From a virus (Duplodnaviria; Caudoviricetes), in IMG/VR virus record IMGVR_UViG_3300045838_000044, positions 1 through 62,880 of that record: a DNA stretch of 62,880 nucleotides; one strand, 5' to 3'. Within the stretch, counting starts at the first letter, position 1, and every line of letters starts with the position of its first letter. Under the pieces are notes generated by a model, which was given only the letters and a program-made list of their open reading frames with translations, searched no databases and had not been told where the DNA came from. Shown piece by piece: positions 44,882-53,929 of this stretch. Position numbers and translations under genes: made by a program.

Positions 44882-45562
44882 ATGAAGCGCGCGATCGCTG
44901 CCGTCTTCGTGCTCGCCTGCCTCGCGGCCTTCGTGGGCTACCGCTCGACGAAGGCCCACGACGAGGCGCTGGCCGCCAAGGTGGACGCCGTGCAGGCGCT
45001 CATCGCCAAGCACCAGCGCCACGCCCCGCCCAAGCTGGTCGAGGTCTCGCGCCCCGACTGGAACCCCCGCGCCCCCGAGTACAACCCGGTGGGGCTCTGG
45101 AAGAGCGGGGCCACCGGCACCGAGATCTTCGACGCAGAGCCACGGCTCGAGCCTTGGGCAACCAAGGTGGAGGCCAAGCTCCTGCCGATGATGCGCGCCG
45201 ACCTCGCGAAGCTCCTGCCCAACGTCACCAACGTCGATCTGGAGTGCCACACGGCCACCTGCCGGGTGACGTACGACGGCCCGAAGAACCGTATGGAGCA
45301 GATCCAGGTGATGACCGTCCTCAGCGTGCTCTACCCCGCCGCCGCGGCCTCGGGCCCGGGCGCGCACGAGTACATCGCGAGCTTCCTCGGCGCGCCGCAC
45401 TTCGAGGGGCACCGCGAAGAGGTGAAGGGGGACGCGGACGGCCTGCTCGCCGAGATCACCGAGAACCGCGCCGGCCTGCTCGCGGACATCGAGGCGGGGA
45501 AGGCGCCCTCGGGCGTCTACCGCTACATCTCGCGCGACGGCTGGCTCGCGCTGAACCGGTAA
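44882..45562 (+). CDS. Membrane-anchored/secreted protein with W...ECxxxxCRV motif
   Basis: N-terminal hydrophobic segment; EPRLEPWA..VE...LECHTATCRV. Confidence 0.8.
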   Translation: MKRAIAAVFVLACLAAFVGYRSTKAHDEALAAKVDAVQALIAKHQRHAPPKLVEVSRPDWNPRAPEYNPVGLWKSGATGTEIFDAEPRLEPWATKVEAKLLPMMRADLAKLLPNVTNVDLECHTATCRVTYDGPKNRMEQIQVMTVLSVLYPAAAASGPGAHEYIASFLGAPHFEGHREEVKGDADGLLAEITENRAGLLADIEAGKAPSGVYRYISRDGWLALNR

Positions 45563-45617
45563 CGGGCTCGAGCGCCGCCGCAGGGATGGAACCCAGGGGG
45601 ACGGCGGCGCTCGCCCG

Positions 45618-45905
45618 TCAGGGCGTCTCGCAGTGGTCGGCGGCGGCGCAGGTCGGCGCCTGCGCCCGGCACGCGAGGTTCCAGTGGGCCACGGCCTGTG
45701 CGTTCTGGCAGACGGTCTCGCAACTCGCGCCGTGGGCCGTGGGCTGAGCCGCCGGGCAGCCTAGCGCCGCGTAATGGGCGCAGACCGCCGCGCAGGTGGC
45801 TGCGGCCGGCGCGTCCGTGCTCGAGGGCGGCATGGGCGGCGGGTTCGGGGGCGTGGGGCAGGCCGCCCCTCCGATCAGCAGGAAAAAGAGGAAGAGTCGC
45901 TTCAT
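45618..45905 (-). CDS. Cys-rich lipoprotein
   Basis: MKRLFLFFLLIGGAAC signal, Pro linker, CxxxC repeats. Confidence 0.75.
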   Translation of the reverse strand: MKRLFLFFLLIGGAACPTPPNPPPMPPSSTDAPAAATCAAVCAHYAALGCPAAQPTAHGASCETVCQNAQAVAHWNLACRAQAPTCAAADHCETP

Positions 45906-45907
45906 GG

Positions 45908-46696
45908 TCACTCCGAGTAGTTCGGGGCCTGGGCCACGATCCAGAGATCGTTGGTGCGGTCCCACGCCATGTAGTCGGCGCTGAAGGTGCAGTACCCGCG
46001 ATCGCCCCAGTCCGGCGACCACGAGTTGACGATCCGGAAGGTGTCGCCGTCGTAGGCCACCGCGCAGAGCGCGTGTCCCCCGGCGATGGGCGAGGTGGTG
46101 GGCGGCGGGATGGGACCGTCGCCGAGCTGGTTCTGGCAGAACGCCTCGGAGACGTCGGTGCCGAAGCACACCCCGTAGCCCGCGGCGATGGCCCGCTTGA
46201 TGTCGTCGATGCGGGCGGCGCCGGCGGTCATGATCCGCTGGTAGACGGTGGGGTTGTTCTGGTCGTAGGCAGCCCGGAAGGCGGCCGCCGGGGGAATCGT
46301 GTAGAGCTGGGCGAGGTCATAGGGCCATACGCTCTCCGGACAGAAGCCGTATGCCTTGAGGACGGTGAAGAAGCTCCGCAGATAGGTGCCGTCGTCCTCG
46401 TTCTGGGTGCCGTCGAGGCTTCGCGAGAGCCAGTAGCCCATATTCCGCGACATGAGGCGCGGGCTGGCGATCCCGGCCCGGACGTGGGCCATTCGCACGG
46501 CCTGCGGGATGGCGTGGGCCACGCAGCTCCCGGCCTGACCCTGGTCCAGCACCTCCACCACCAGCTCGACGTTGGAGGCGGCCGGCGGGGGCGGGGCGGT
46601 GCCAAGGGTCGGGGCGGCGTCGTGGTCTGGCTTCTGCCCGATCGCCTTCGGCGGGTCGGGCTTGTAGCCGAGACCCCTCACCTGGAAGGCGCTCAT
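45908..46696 (-). CDS. Papain-like cysteine peptidase (C1A)
   Basis: DQGQAGSCVAHA (Cys), GGHA (His), NSWSPDWGDRGY (Asn). Confidence 0.93.
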   Translation of the reverse strand: MSAFQVRGLGYKPDPPKAIGQKPDHDAAPTLGTAPPPPAASNVELVVEVLDQGQAGSCVAHAIPQAVRMAHVRAGIASPRLMSRNMGYWLSRSLDGTQNEDDGTYLRSFFTVLKAYGFCPESVWPYDLAQLYTIPPAAAFRAAYDQNNPTVYQRIMTAGAARIDDIKRAIAAGYGVCFGTDVSEAFCQNQLGDGPIPPPTTSPIAGGHALCAVAYDGDTFRIVNSWSPDWGDRGYCTFSADYMAWDRTNDLWIVAQAPNYSE

Positions 46697-47028
46697 CGCG
46701 GCACCGCGTAGCCGCGCTTGCCGAGGAAGGCGCGGGCGTTGGCCTGGACGCTGTCACCGGCGCCGGTCTGCGGGTGGATTATCAGGCTCTGCGCGATGCA
46801 GACCACCACCTCCTCGCCGACCGGGCCGAGCTCCAGCACCACCTTGGCGATGGCCGCCTCCCAGTTCGGCTGAGAGAACGCCTCCACCACCGCTTGGATG
46901 ACCCGCGGGTCGTGGGCGGCGTCCATGGCGCAGGAGAGCACCACCTGGCCGGGGTTGACGTGGGCACAGCCTGGCAGGGCCAGGAAGACGGAGAGGGCGG
47001 CGAGACGAGCGGCGAGCGCGAGCTTCAT
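46693..47028 (-). CDS. Lipoprotein
   Basis: Signal peptide with lipobox LPGC. Confidence 0.75.
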   Translation of the reverse strand: MKLALAARLAALSVFLALPGCAHVNPGQVVLSCAMDAAHDPRVIQAVVEAFSQPNWEAAIAKVVLELGPVGEEVVVCIAQSLIIHPQTGAGDSVQANARAFLGKRGYAVPR

Positions 47029-47060
47029 GGAGCCCGATGGTGGGCCCCGGGTGGCGGCGG

Positions 47061-47456
47061 CTACAGCTTCGCGGCCGGTCGCCTGCGGCGTTTCGGCGGC
47101 GGCGGCGCTCCGCCGCCCTTCGCGCTCTCGCGCTGGTACTTCAGCTCAGCCGCGAGCCGGATCCAAGGAGCGAGCTTCCGGCGGTCGCGGTCGGCGGCCG
47201 CTTCCCAAGCGGCCATTTCGACCGTCGTGAGGCGGATGGTGACCCGCTTGTCGCACGGTGAATAAGCGACGCTTTTCTTCGCGACGGGAAGCGGCATGGG
47301 GTTGAGCACTGCCGCTTCGTTTCCAGCATATCTCAACCATTCCGAGGTCTTGCGCTCGACGCGCTTGGCAAGCTTCTCCCACGCCCGGTAGCGATCGGCA
47401 TTGACGACAAAGTGGAATCTCACCGTTTTTGTCTCCCTCAAGCGCGCGGCGGCCAT
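47061..47456 (-). CDS. Tandem ribbon-helix-helix regulator
   Basis: Two RHH-like units: RFHFVV..RYRAWEKLA..TSEWLR and RVTIRL..EMAAWEAAA..LAPWIR. Confidence 0.7.
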   Translation of the reverse strand: MAAARLRETKTVRFHFVVNADRYRAWEKLAKRVERKTSEWLRYAGNEAAVLNPMPLPVAKKSVAYSPCDKRVTIRLTTVEMAAWEAAADRDRRKLAPWIRLAAELKYQRESAKGGGAPPPPKRRRRPAAKL

Positions 47457-47591
47457 GGCGCGGCGACTGTATCCGCGCGATTTGACTCGCCGCAAATGGT
47501 TTGATTGCTTACGCACAATGTGGTTAGTTGTTCGCAGTATGTCCGATGTTGTGCGCATGTCGGCGACATCCTTGCAAGCCCGATTTTCGCG
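47457..47591. promoter_or_regulatory. Divergent promoter/operator region (switch 2)
   Basis: AT-rich; GTTGT(T/G)CGCA at 47527 and 47548 (21 bp apart), again at 48068, and an inverted partial copy at 47944. Confidence 0.65.
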
Positions 47592-47864
47592 ATGAGTAAG
47601 AGCAGATCCGGCGCCGCATGGAAAAGCGACATCGAGCGCCGATTGACGAAGCTGGAGCAGGAGCTGCGCGAGGAGCGCGCCGATCGCGAGCGAGCCGGTG
47701 CGCTCGACGATGAGGAATTCGAGCGAATCGCCGAGAGATTGGGCTCGCTCGAAGACGACACCGTGCTGCTGTTTCACCGCACGCGCTGGCTCGAGCGCCG
47801 CTTCGACCGTCGTGGCCGACCACCCGGTGGTCGCTCGAAGCCCCGCAAGAAAACTGCGCAGTAG
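47592..47864 (+). CDS. Coiled-coil hypothetical protein
   Basis: Divergent from the RHH gene. Confidence 0.55.
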   Translation: MSKSRSGAAWKSDIERRLTKLEQELREERADRERAGALDDEEFERIAERLGSLEDDTVLLFHRTRWLERRFDRRGRPPGGRSKPRKKTAQ

Positions 47865-48285
47865 TTCAGTCTCACCGGCGGCCCGAGGCGGTTTCATCGG
47901 GCCTGCCAGTTAGACCTCTACGTGGACTCCTGTCGACGCTCGCCGAACAACGTGCAGAGCGCTCGGATTACGTCCAACAACGTTGAACGCGCTTCCCTGC
48001 GTCTCGTCGCCACTCCGCCCTCGTCGCGCAGGTGATCGGTCATCGCTCTCCGACGGAGAATGGGCAAGTTGTTCGCATGTCAGACGCACGCTCTTGTGGG
48101 ACCGCCTACGAACTCCGTCGGAGAAGCAGAAAAATGCAAATGACCGGTCGGAATGCTGTTGACCACTACGAGTTCACCCCGATACATTTCGAGCGCGCTT
48201 CGCGATGCTCACCGCCCGCGGCTGTTCCTGGGAAGGACGCCGGCGCAGCAGTCGAAGCGAGGAGGCCAGAATCGTGGAGCACGCA

Positions 48286-48564
48286 ATGGACGGTCGTCAG
48301 CGCGGTCGCGAGAGCAAGCCGAACGTGAGTGGCAAGGGGATGTCGAGGCCGAAAGCGCCTCGTACCCGCCGCACCGACGAGGATGGCTTCTGGGACGCGC
48401 AGGATGTCGCTGACTACCTCAAGGTCACGGCGTACTACGTGAGGCGGCAGGCCAACCAGGGGATCATCCCCTCCATCCAGATCCCGGGTTCGGTCATCCG
48501 CCGCTATGACCCCAAGGTCATCAAGGCGTGGGTGCTTGGCCGGTCCAGCACGGCGAAGGACTGA
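48286..48564 (+). CDS. Excisionase-like HTH protein
   Basis: WDAQDVADYLKV....VRR..NQGIIP...RRYD. Confidence 0.75.
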   Translation: MDGRQRGRESKPNVSGKGMSRPKAPRTRRTDEDGFWDAQDVADYLKVTAYYVRRQANQGIIPSIQIPGSVIRRYDPKVIKAWVLGRSSTAKD

Positions 48565-48567
48565 TCC

Positions 48568-48990
48568 ATGGGCAAGACGACGATCGCGGTCCGGATCGCT
48601 CCCGAGGCCATGGAGCACCTGCGAGACTTCCTCCAGTCGGTAGCGGGTCAATTTCTCGAAGCCATGCGCGACGAGCGCCGCGAGCCTGCGGCTGCCAAGG
48701 CCGCCGCCCCGCTTCGCCTCCCGGCCCGCGCTGCCGGTGCCGTCGAGCCGGCCTTCCTCAGCCGGAAGGACGCGGGCACCTACCTTGGGTACTCGAAGAG
48801 CACGATCGATCGCTACGTGGCCCAGGGCCTCATCAAGGCGACCGGCCTCCACGGCGAGCGAATCGCCCGCTTCGAGCTCGACCGCTTCATGGCCGAGACG
48901 GCCAAGCGGCGCCAGCCCGCCAACAATCAGAAGGCGGTGTCGGAAGAGGACGAGATCAAGGCCGAGGCCGCTCGCCTCCTCGACGAGTAG
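48568..48990 (+). CDS. Excisionase-like HTH protein
   Basis: FLSRKDAGTYLGYSKSTIDRYVAQG...ELDRFM; directly upstream of the integrase. Confidence 0.8.
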   Translation: MGKTTIAVRIAPEAMEHLRDFLQSVAGQFLEAMRDERREPAAAKAAAPLRLPARAAGAVEPAFLSRKDAGTYLGYSKSTIDRYVAQGLIKATGLHGERIARFELDRFMAETAKRRQPANNQKAVSEEDEIKAEAARLLDE

Positions 48991-48997
48991 CGGCGCC

Positions 48998-50608
48998 ATG
49001 GGCAAGCCGTTCACGCCGTTCCTGTACCTGCGTCGCGGCCGCTCGAAGCGCGGCGAGGCGGGCGCGATCTGGTACATCGTCTTGCCCGGTCCGAATGGCG
49101 AAAAGAAGTGGAAGCCGACGAAGTGCCGCGGACCCGCCGAGGAGGGGAAGGCCCGCAAGCTGCTGGCCGAGTTCATCCGCCTGCGCGAGCTGAAGGCCGG
49201 TGCCGAGGAGGAGGGCCCGCTCACCGTCCGCCGCTGGGCGAACACGTGGCTCACGAAGCGCGAGGCGAAGGGGATCGAGTCGGCCTACGAGTACCGCTCG
49301 CAGCTCAACACCCACGTCCTACCCCTCATCGGGGATCTCCGACTCGACGCCGTGACCTCCGAGCACATCGAGCAGGTGATGGCCACCGTCGCCGCCAAGG
49401 GCCGGGCGCCGAAGACCCGCCGGAACGTCTACTTCACGATGCACGCCATGTTCCGGAAGGCAGTGCCGAAGTACCTCGAGGCCAACCCGTGCGCGATGGA
49501 CGAGGACGACATGCCCGCCAAGGTCGACGCCGACCCCGAGTGGCGCGCGACCGCCGTCTTCAGCAAGGACGAGGTGCACCGGATCCTCACGGACGCGCGC
49601 ATCCCCGAGGACCGGCGGACGTTCTACGGCCTGCTCTTCCTGGCCGGCCCTCGCTTCGGCGAGGCGGCCGCCCTCTGCGTGCGCCACTACCTCCGCGAGA
49701 TGCAGCCGCTCGGCCAGCTCGTCATTGCCCGGAGCTGGAACACGAAGCGCAAGAAGCTGAAGAGCACGAAGACGAACCGCACCCGCAAGGTGCCCGTCCA
49801 CCCCGCGCTGGCGGCGCTCCTCGACGAGTGGCTGGCCCAGGGCTTCCGCGCGTGGATGGGCCGGGCGCCGCTGCCCGACGACCCGCTCATCCCCTCGCGC
49901 TGGTGGCAGAGCCGCACCGTGACCCACGGCGAGCTCCCGCCGCCCGACTACGACCCGCCCGAAACCTTCCGCCACCGAAACTCGGGGACGATGTACCAGC
50001 GCTTCCAAGCCGACCTCGAGCGGCTCGGCCTGCGTAGCCGCCGCCAGCACGACACCCGCCGGACGTTCATCTCGCTCGCGCGCGACGACGGCGCCAGCAA
50101 GGAGCTGCTCCGGTCGGTCACCCACGCGCCCGAGGGCGACATCATGGACGCCTACTCCGAGCTGGCGTGGCGGACCCTCTGCGGCGAGGTGCTGAAGCTC
50201 CAGTTCACGCTCCCCGCGCCCGGCGCGCCCGACATCCACGCGGAGGCTAAGTCCATGAATTCATTGGACCGCAGGTTGCCACTGGGTAGCCAACCCGGAA
50301 ATCCTGAAATATTTCCGGTAGTTGGAGAGTGGGCCCAGCAGGGATCGAAAACGACTACCCCGCCCGAGCAGCCCTCGTCAAGCGAGGATCAGCGACGTGA
50401 TGACGCGGGTTTAGGTCAGGCGCCTCCGGCGTCAACCCTTGCCGAGCGGACCCCCGGCGAGGCGATGGCTACCTTGGCAACCCTGGCCTTCCGCCAGGCG
50501 CTGTCGGCACTCGACCGCGGCCGGCTGGACGAGCTGCGGGCCATCCTCGAGCGGGCCCTGGCCGCCGAGCAGGACGCGGCGCGGCTCGCCAAGGGAGGTG
50601 GCCGGTGA
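48998..50608 (+). CDS. int: Tyrosine integrase with attP inside its 3' region
   Basis: GPRFGEAAAL (R), KSTKT (K), HDTRRT (HxxR), TH...MDAY (H, Y); long C-terminal extension after the catalytic Tyr. Confidence 0.93.
   Translation: MGKPFTPFLYLRRGRSKRGEAGAIWYIVLPGPNGEKKWKPTKCRGPAEEGKARKLLAEFIRLRELKAGAEEEGPLTVRRWANTWLTKREAKGIESAYEYRSQLNTHVLPLIGDLRLDAVTSEHIEQVMATVAAKGRAPKTRRNVYFTMHAMFRKAVPKYLEANPCAMDEDDMPAKVDADPEWRATAVFSKDEVHRILTDARIPEDRRTFYGLLFLAGPRFGEAAALCVRHYLREMQPLGQLVIARSWNTKRKKLKSTKTNRTRKVPVHPALAALLDEWLAQGFRAWMGRAPLPDDPLIPSRWWQSRTVTHGELPPPDYDPPETFRHRNSGTMYQRFQADLERLGLRSRRQHDTRRTFISLARDDGASKELLRSVTHAPEGDIMDAYSELAWRTLCGEVLKLQFTLPAPGAPDIHAEAKSMNSLDRRLPLGSQPGNPEIFPVVGEWAQQGSKTTTPPEQPSSSEDQRRDDAGLGQAPPASTLAERTPGEAMATLATLAFRQALSALDRGRLDELRAILERALAAEQDAARLAKGGGR
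50274..50482. other. attP: tRNA 3'-end core at 50329-50349 with flanking arm-type repeats
   Basis: Minus strand reads TTCGATC-CCTGC-TGGGCCC-A-C (T loop, T stem, acceptor strand); GGT(T/A)GCCA at 50274 and 50285, inverted copies at 50466 and 50475. Confidence 0.8.
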
Positions 50609-50838
50609 CGCGCCTCATTCGACGCATCTGCTCACTGGCAGCAGCGCTCCTGTGCCGGCTGGACGCCCACAGCCTGCCGCCCGGGTTCCGTCGCGCTGAC
50701 CCCGAGGAGGTGGGTGCGCGGCCGCTATGGATCGTCCCCTGCTGCTGGTGCCACCTCCGCTTCGTCGCCTGCCCGCTGCCCACGTTCGACGCCATGGCGG
50801 CGCTCAACGAGCGCTGCCGCAACCGGAGGGCCTCCTGA
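50605..50838 (+). CDS. Cys-rich hypothetical protein
   Basis: GTGA overlap and RBS. Confidence 0.45.
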   Translation: MTRLIRRICSLAAALLCRLDAHSLPPGFRRADPEEVGARPLWIVPCCWCHLRFVACPLPTFDAMAALNERCRNRRAS

Positions 50839-51068
50839 TGGACCACGAACAGCGGCGCTGGGACGCGAGCCTCAACGAGGCGCGGGAGCACATCAAGGCG
50901 GCGATGAAGGCCATCGACGAGCTGTCCCGGCTCACCGAGGACGCCGAGGCCGACATGCGCCTCTGCTACGCCGGGAACGGCCTGCAGGGGCCGCTGGCGC
51001 TGCTCCGCGAGGCGGACACCATCCACCGCCAGCTCGCCCTTCCGCTGGCCCCAGGGAGCGTGCCGTGA
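50838..51068 (+). CDS. Hypothetical protein
   Basis: TGATG coupling, GGAGG RBS. Confidence 0.6.
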   Translation: MDHEQRRWDASLNEAREHIKAAMKAIDELSRLTEDAEADMRLCYAGNGLQGPLALLREADTIHRQLALPLAPGSVP

Positions 51069-51424
51069 CCGTCCTGACCGCGGCGGACGTCCTGCGCCGC
51101 GCCCGCGACCTCCTCGCCGAGCGCGGCTGGGCACCGCTGGCCGGCGGCCTCAGCATCTACGGCGCGGTGGCCTTGGCGGTGCTGGGGCACGCGATGGGCG
51201 AGGGCGGGCCCTTCGAGGACGAGGCGCACTGGCGGGCGGCCGTTGACGGGCCGTGCCGGTTCTTGGAACGGGTGCTCGCTCGCCCTTGTTTCGCTGGCCG
51301 GTGGGCGGGGATCGCGCACTGGGAGATGGATGAGGGCCGGCGGCCGGCGGACGTCTTCGCGGTGCTGGAGGCAGCCATCGCCGAGGCCGAGCGCAGCCTC
51401 CAGCCGCAGGCGGTGGCTGCGTGA
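51065..51424 (+). CDS. DUF6197-like phage protein
   Basis: ADVLRRARDLL..RGW...SIYGAV...W.MDEGR...DV..VL. Confidence 0.6.
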   Translation: MTVLTAADVLRRARDLLAERGWAPLAGGLSIYGAVALAVLGHAMGEGGPFEDEAHWRAAVDGPCRFLERVLARPCFAGRWAGIAHWEMDEGRRPADVFAVLEAAIAEAERSLQPQAVAA

Positions 51425-51753
51425 GCGCCTCTCCCGAAAACGCGGAGCGGCGCCGTGCCACCGGCAGTTGGCCCCGCATCAATGGTGGAGGCGACGCGGT
51501 CAACCACCCCGCCCACTACAACGCCCACCCCTCCGGCATCGAGTGCATCGAGGTGGTGGAGCACATGGGCTTCAACGTCGGCAACGCCATCAAGTACCTG
51601 TGGCGCGCTGACCTCAAGGGGAACGCGCTGGAGGACCTGCAGAAGGCGGCCTGGTACGTCGAGCGGGAGATCGAGAAGAGGCGTCGCAAGGAAGAGAGCG
51701 CCGCGGTGTGGATTGAACCGGCGGGCCCAGGGCCGGCGGGAGGTGAGCGGTGA
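51421..51753 (+). CDS. DUF3310 protein
   Basis: DAVNHPAHY...IECIEV...GNAIKYLWRA..KG..LEDL.KAAWY. Confidence 0.92.
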   Translation: MSASPENAERRRATGSWPRINGGGDAVNHPAHYNAHPSGIECIEVVEHMGFNVGNAIKYLWRADLKGNALEDLQKAAWYVEREIEKRRRKEESAAVWIEPAGPGPAGGER

Positions 51754-51992
51754 GGCGACTGTCGTTCACGGAGCGGGCGCGGCGGGCAGCCCAGCTCATG
51801 ACGGGGCACTTCCGCCATGGGCGACACCGGGTGGCGCTCGTCCACAGCGCCTACGTGCGGACGGGCAACGGAGCCGCCTTCGAGGCCACGACCGTTCAGT
51901 GCCGGTGCGGGTATGCGCCGATGATTCCCGACGATCTGATCGAGCGCATGCCCGCCGTGAAGCGCGGGCCACGCGGCCGGAGGGCGGCGTGA
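51750..51992 (+). CDS. Hypothetical protein
   Basis: GTGA overlaps on both sides. Confidence 0.5.
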   Translation: MRRLSFTERARRAAQLMTGHFRHGRHRVALVHSAYVRTGNGAAFEATTVQCRCGYAPMIPDDLIERMPAVKRGPRGRRAA

Positions 51993-52255
51993 AGATCGGC
52001 ACCGTCGAGTTGTTGCCGGAGCGCATCCCGGCCGAGCAGCGGGCGGCGCTGGCGTGGATCCTCCGCAACTCGCTGGAGACGGCGGACCAGCGAGCGGCGC
52101 AGTGGAGCAGGAGCGCCGTCTACGGTTCCCACTTGGCCGAGACCGCGCGGGTGGAGTGCCTCCGCAGCGAGGTGCTGACCCTCATCGCCGCGCTCGAGGG
52201 AGACGGCATCCCGCGGGCGCTGCTGGTCGAGGAGCGCGGGCGAGGTGCCTCGTGA
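51989..52255 (+). CDS. Hypothetical protein
   Basis: GTGA overlap; VKIGTVELL... Confidence 0.55.
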   Translation: MKIGTVELLPERIPAEQRAALAWILRNSLETADQRAAQWSRSAVYGSHLAETARVECLRSEVLTLIAALEGDGIPRALLVEERGRGAS

Positions 52256-52337
52256 TGACCCCCGACGACCAACTCGCGGCGATCATCTGCGCGGCCCTGG
52301 CTCTGCTCGCGATCTGCGTCGCGGTCCTGGTGCTGTC

Positions 52338-52565
52338 GTGAAGGCGCACCAGGGGTTGCCGCTTGTGCGGCCGAGCGACGTCGAGGAGCTGGTGGAGATC
52401 GCCGAGAGCCGGCACGTGACGGTGGACTACGGGACGATGCGGGTGCTCGCCGACCACCTGCGCGCCCGGCTCCAGCGGCGCGGCCGGCGGCAGGAGTGCG
52501 GGTTCTGCGGGGTGGAGGGCCATAACCGCCGGGCGTGCCCGACGAGGCTGGGGGCGGTGGCGTGA
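52338..52565 (+). CDS. CCHC zinc-knuckle protein
   Basis: CGFCGVEGHNRRAC = C-x2-C-x4-H-x4-C. Confidence 0.65.
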   Translation: MKAHQGLPLVRPSDVEELVEIAESRHVTVDYGTMRVLADHLRARLQRRGRRQECGFCGVEGHNRRACPTRLGAVA

Positions 52566-53929
52566 CGGCGAGCTGGGCGCTTCACCTCGGCGACTGCGCG
52601 GCTCCCGATGGCCTCGCCTCGCTCGAGCCGGGCACCGTGGACGCGCTGGTGACGGATCCGCCGGCCGGGATCGGGTTCATGGGCAAGGACTGGGACGGCG
52701 ACAAGGGCGGGCGAGACGCCTGGGTGGCGTGGCTGGCGGGGATCATGCGCCTCTGCCTGCGGGCGATGAAGCCCGGCGCGCACGGTTTCGTGTGGGCACT
52801 GCCGCGCACCTCGCACTGGACGGCGACCGCGCTTGAAGACGCCGGGTTTGAAATCCGCGACGTAGTGACCCACCACTTCGGCACCGGGTTCCCGAAGTCG
52901 CTCGACGTCAGCAAGGCCATCGACGCGGCGGCGGGCGCGAAGCGCGAGGTGGTGGGGCAGGCCGAGAACTGGGGCCGCACCAGGCTCGAGACCGGAAAAG
53001 TCGCCGAGAGCGACTTTTCCGGTGCATGGGATCTGACCGCGCCGGCCACCGAGGCCGCCAAGCGCTGGGCCGGGTGGGGCACGGCGCTCAAGCCCGCCAC
53101 CGAGCACTGGATCCTCGTGCGCAAGCCCCTCGACGGGACCGTCGCGGCGAACGTGCAGAAGCACGGCACCGGCGGGCTGAACATCGACGCGTGCCGGATT
53201 GCGGGGATGAAAGATGTTCCCGCTTCTCCACGTGCGGTAAAGCATCCTTTCCTGGGGCTCGCGCGCCAGAGCGGCGATGAAGCTGGGCTCGATCCATCGG
53301 TCGGCCGCTGGCCCGCAAACCTCGTGCTGTCGCACAGCCCTGCCTGCGGCGAGAGCTGCGCGCCGGGCTGCCCGGTGGCGGAGCTGGATGTGCAGGGCGG
53401 CGAGCGTGCGCCAGGCGGCGCCCTGACCGGCAGCGAGCCCTCTGCGAAGACCGCAGGGGTCTATAACCCGTTCGCCGGTCGCGGGCCGTGGGAGCCCTAC
53501 AACGACACCGGCGGCGCCTCACGGTTCTTTTTCACCGCCAAGCCTTCGCGCTCCGAACGTGACCGCGGCTGCGCGTCCTTGGCGCCCACCTCCGCCGGCG
53601 AGGCCACCAACCGCAGTGAGGGGAGCGCCGGCTTGCAGAGCCCTCGGGCCGGGGCGGGGCGCACCGGCGGCGCCCGCAACAACCACCCGACGGTCAAGCC
53701 CATCGAGCTCATGGAGTGGCTCATCCGCCTCATCAGCCCGCCGGGGGCGACGCTGCTCATCCTGGACCCCTTCACCGGCTCGGGCACCACCGGCGTGGCG
53801 GCCATCCGCCTGCGGCATGACTTCGTGGGCTGGGAGCGAGAGCCCGCCTACGAGCGCATCGCCCGGAAGCGCCTCGAGGCGACCCAGCCAGAGCCGGAGC
53901 AGCTCGGGCTGTTCGGAGGCGGCCGATGA
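52562..53929 (+). CDS. Beta-class amino (N6A/N4C) DNA methyltransferase
   Basis: VTDPPA (motif IV variant), GRWPANL, HPTVKP, LDPFTGSGTTG. Confidence 0.9.
   Translation: MTASWALHLGDCAAPDGLASLEPGTVDALVTDPPAGIGFMGKDWDGDKGGRDAWVAWLAGIMRLCLRAMKPGAHGFVWALPRTSHWTATALEDAGFEIRDVVTHHFGTGFPKSLDVSKAIDAAAGAKREVVGQAENWGRTRLETGKVAESDFSGAWDLTAPATEAAKRWAGWGTALKPATEHWILVRKPLDGTVAANVQKHGTGGLNIDACRIAGMKDVPASPRAVKHPFLGLARQSGDEAGLDPSVGRWPANLVLSHSPACGESCAPGCPVAELDVQGGERAPGGALTGSEPSAKTAGVYNPFAGRGPWEPYNDTGGASRFFFTAKPSRSERDRGCASLAPTSAGEATNRSEGSAGLQSPRAGAGRTGGARNNHPTVKPIELMEWLIRLISPPGATLLILDPFTGSGTTGVAAIRLRHDFVGWEREPAYERIARKRLEATQPEPEQLGLFGGGR

Noticed and set aside
50329-50349. Complete tRNA gene on the minus strand
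   Set aside because: Only the T loop to 3' end is present, so it is interpreted as the attP core
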